From Callorhinchus milii (taxonomy: Eukaryota): a stretch of 39,072 bases of DNA. Position numbers and translations under genes: made by a program. Of the stretch, positions 38,760 through 39,072 are shown piece after piece. Numbering within the stretch: the stretch's first letter is position 1; each line of letters begins with the position of its first letter. The DNA lies in contig NW_024705499.1 in the NCBI RefSeq assembly GCF_018977255.1, positions 1-39,072 on the forward strand, in the 5' to 3' direction. A model generated the notes under the pieces. That model worked only from the letters and a program-made list of their open reading frames with translations, made no database searches and was not told the DNA's origin.

Positions 38760-39072
38760 CACACTCCCTCTCTCCCTGTGTGTGGGAGCGGGGGCTGTTT
38801 TTCTCTCTCTCTCTCTCTCCCGCGCTCTCACACTCCCTCTCTCCGTGTGTAGGGGCGGGGGCTGTTTTTCTCTCTCTCTCTCCCGCGCTCTCTCACACTC
38901 CCTCTCTCCCTGTGTGTGGGAGCGGGGGCTGTTTTTCTCTCTCTCTCTCTCTCTCTCTCCCGCGTTCTCTCACACTCCCTCTCTCCCTGTGTGTGGGAGC
39001 GGGGGCTGTTTTTCTCTCTCTCTCTCTCTCTCTCCCGCGCGCTCTCACACTCCCTTCTCCCTGTGTGTGGGA
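38760..39072 (+). repeat. GMPR2 intron 7 tandem repeat running off the window edge
   Basis: About 5 units of cacactccctctctccctgtgtgtgggagcgggggctgttttt(ct)n, the reverse complement of the array at 31322-32064. Confidence 0.9.

Overview
Eukaryotic, intron-rich, gene-dense and microsatellite-saturated vertebrate DNA. The SINE/LINE content suggests a cartilaginous fish such as a chimaera or shark (inference). Manual splicing (GT-AG boundaries and phases checked by hand) recovers a cluster that is largely syntenic with human 14q12. From left to right: FEN1 (minus, 9 coding exons, 3' end beyond the left edge), CIDEB (plus, complete), an orphan promoter and first exon near 13.2 kb, CHMP4A (minus, complete), TSSK4 (minus, complete), TINF2 (plus, start exon uncertain), NEDD8 exon 1 only (minus) and GMPR2. 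The main anomaly is that GMPR2 is split: exons 1-7 are on the plus strand at 34.6-38.7 kb and exons 8-9 are on the minus strand at 30.6-31.3 kb. This points to an inversion or a mis-oriented assembly starting near 32064. Other recurring signals are tandem arrays of duplicated splice acceptors, introns with complementary GA/CT ends, promoters made of tandemly multiplied transcription-factor motifs, and minisatellites grown from SINE parts. Most long ORFs in the track are artefacts of dinucleotide repeats. Gene names rest on remembered homology and synteny; no database search was run. I see no clear evidence of a wholly new system; the splicing-related repeat architecture is the best lead.
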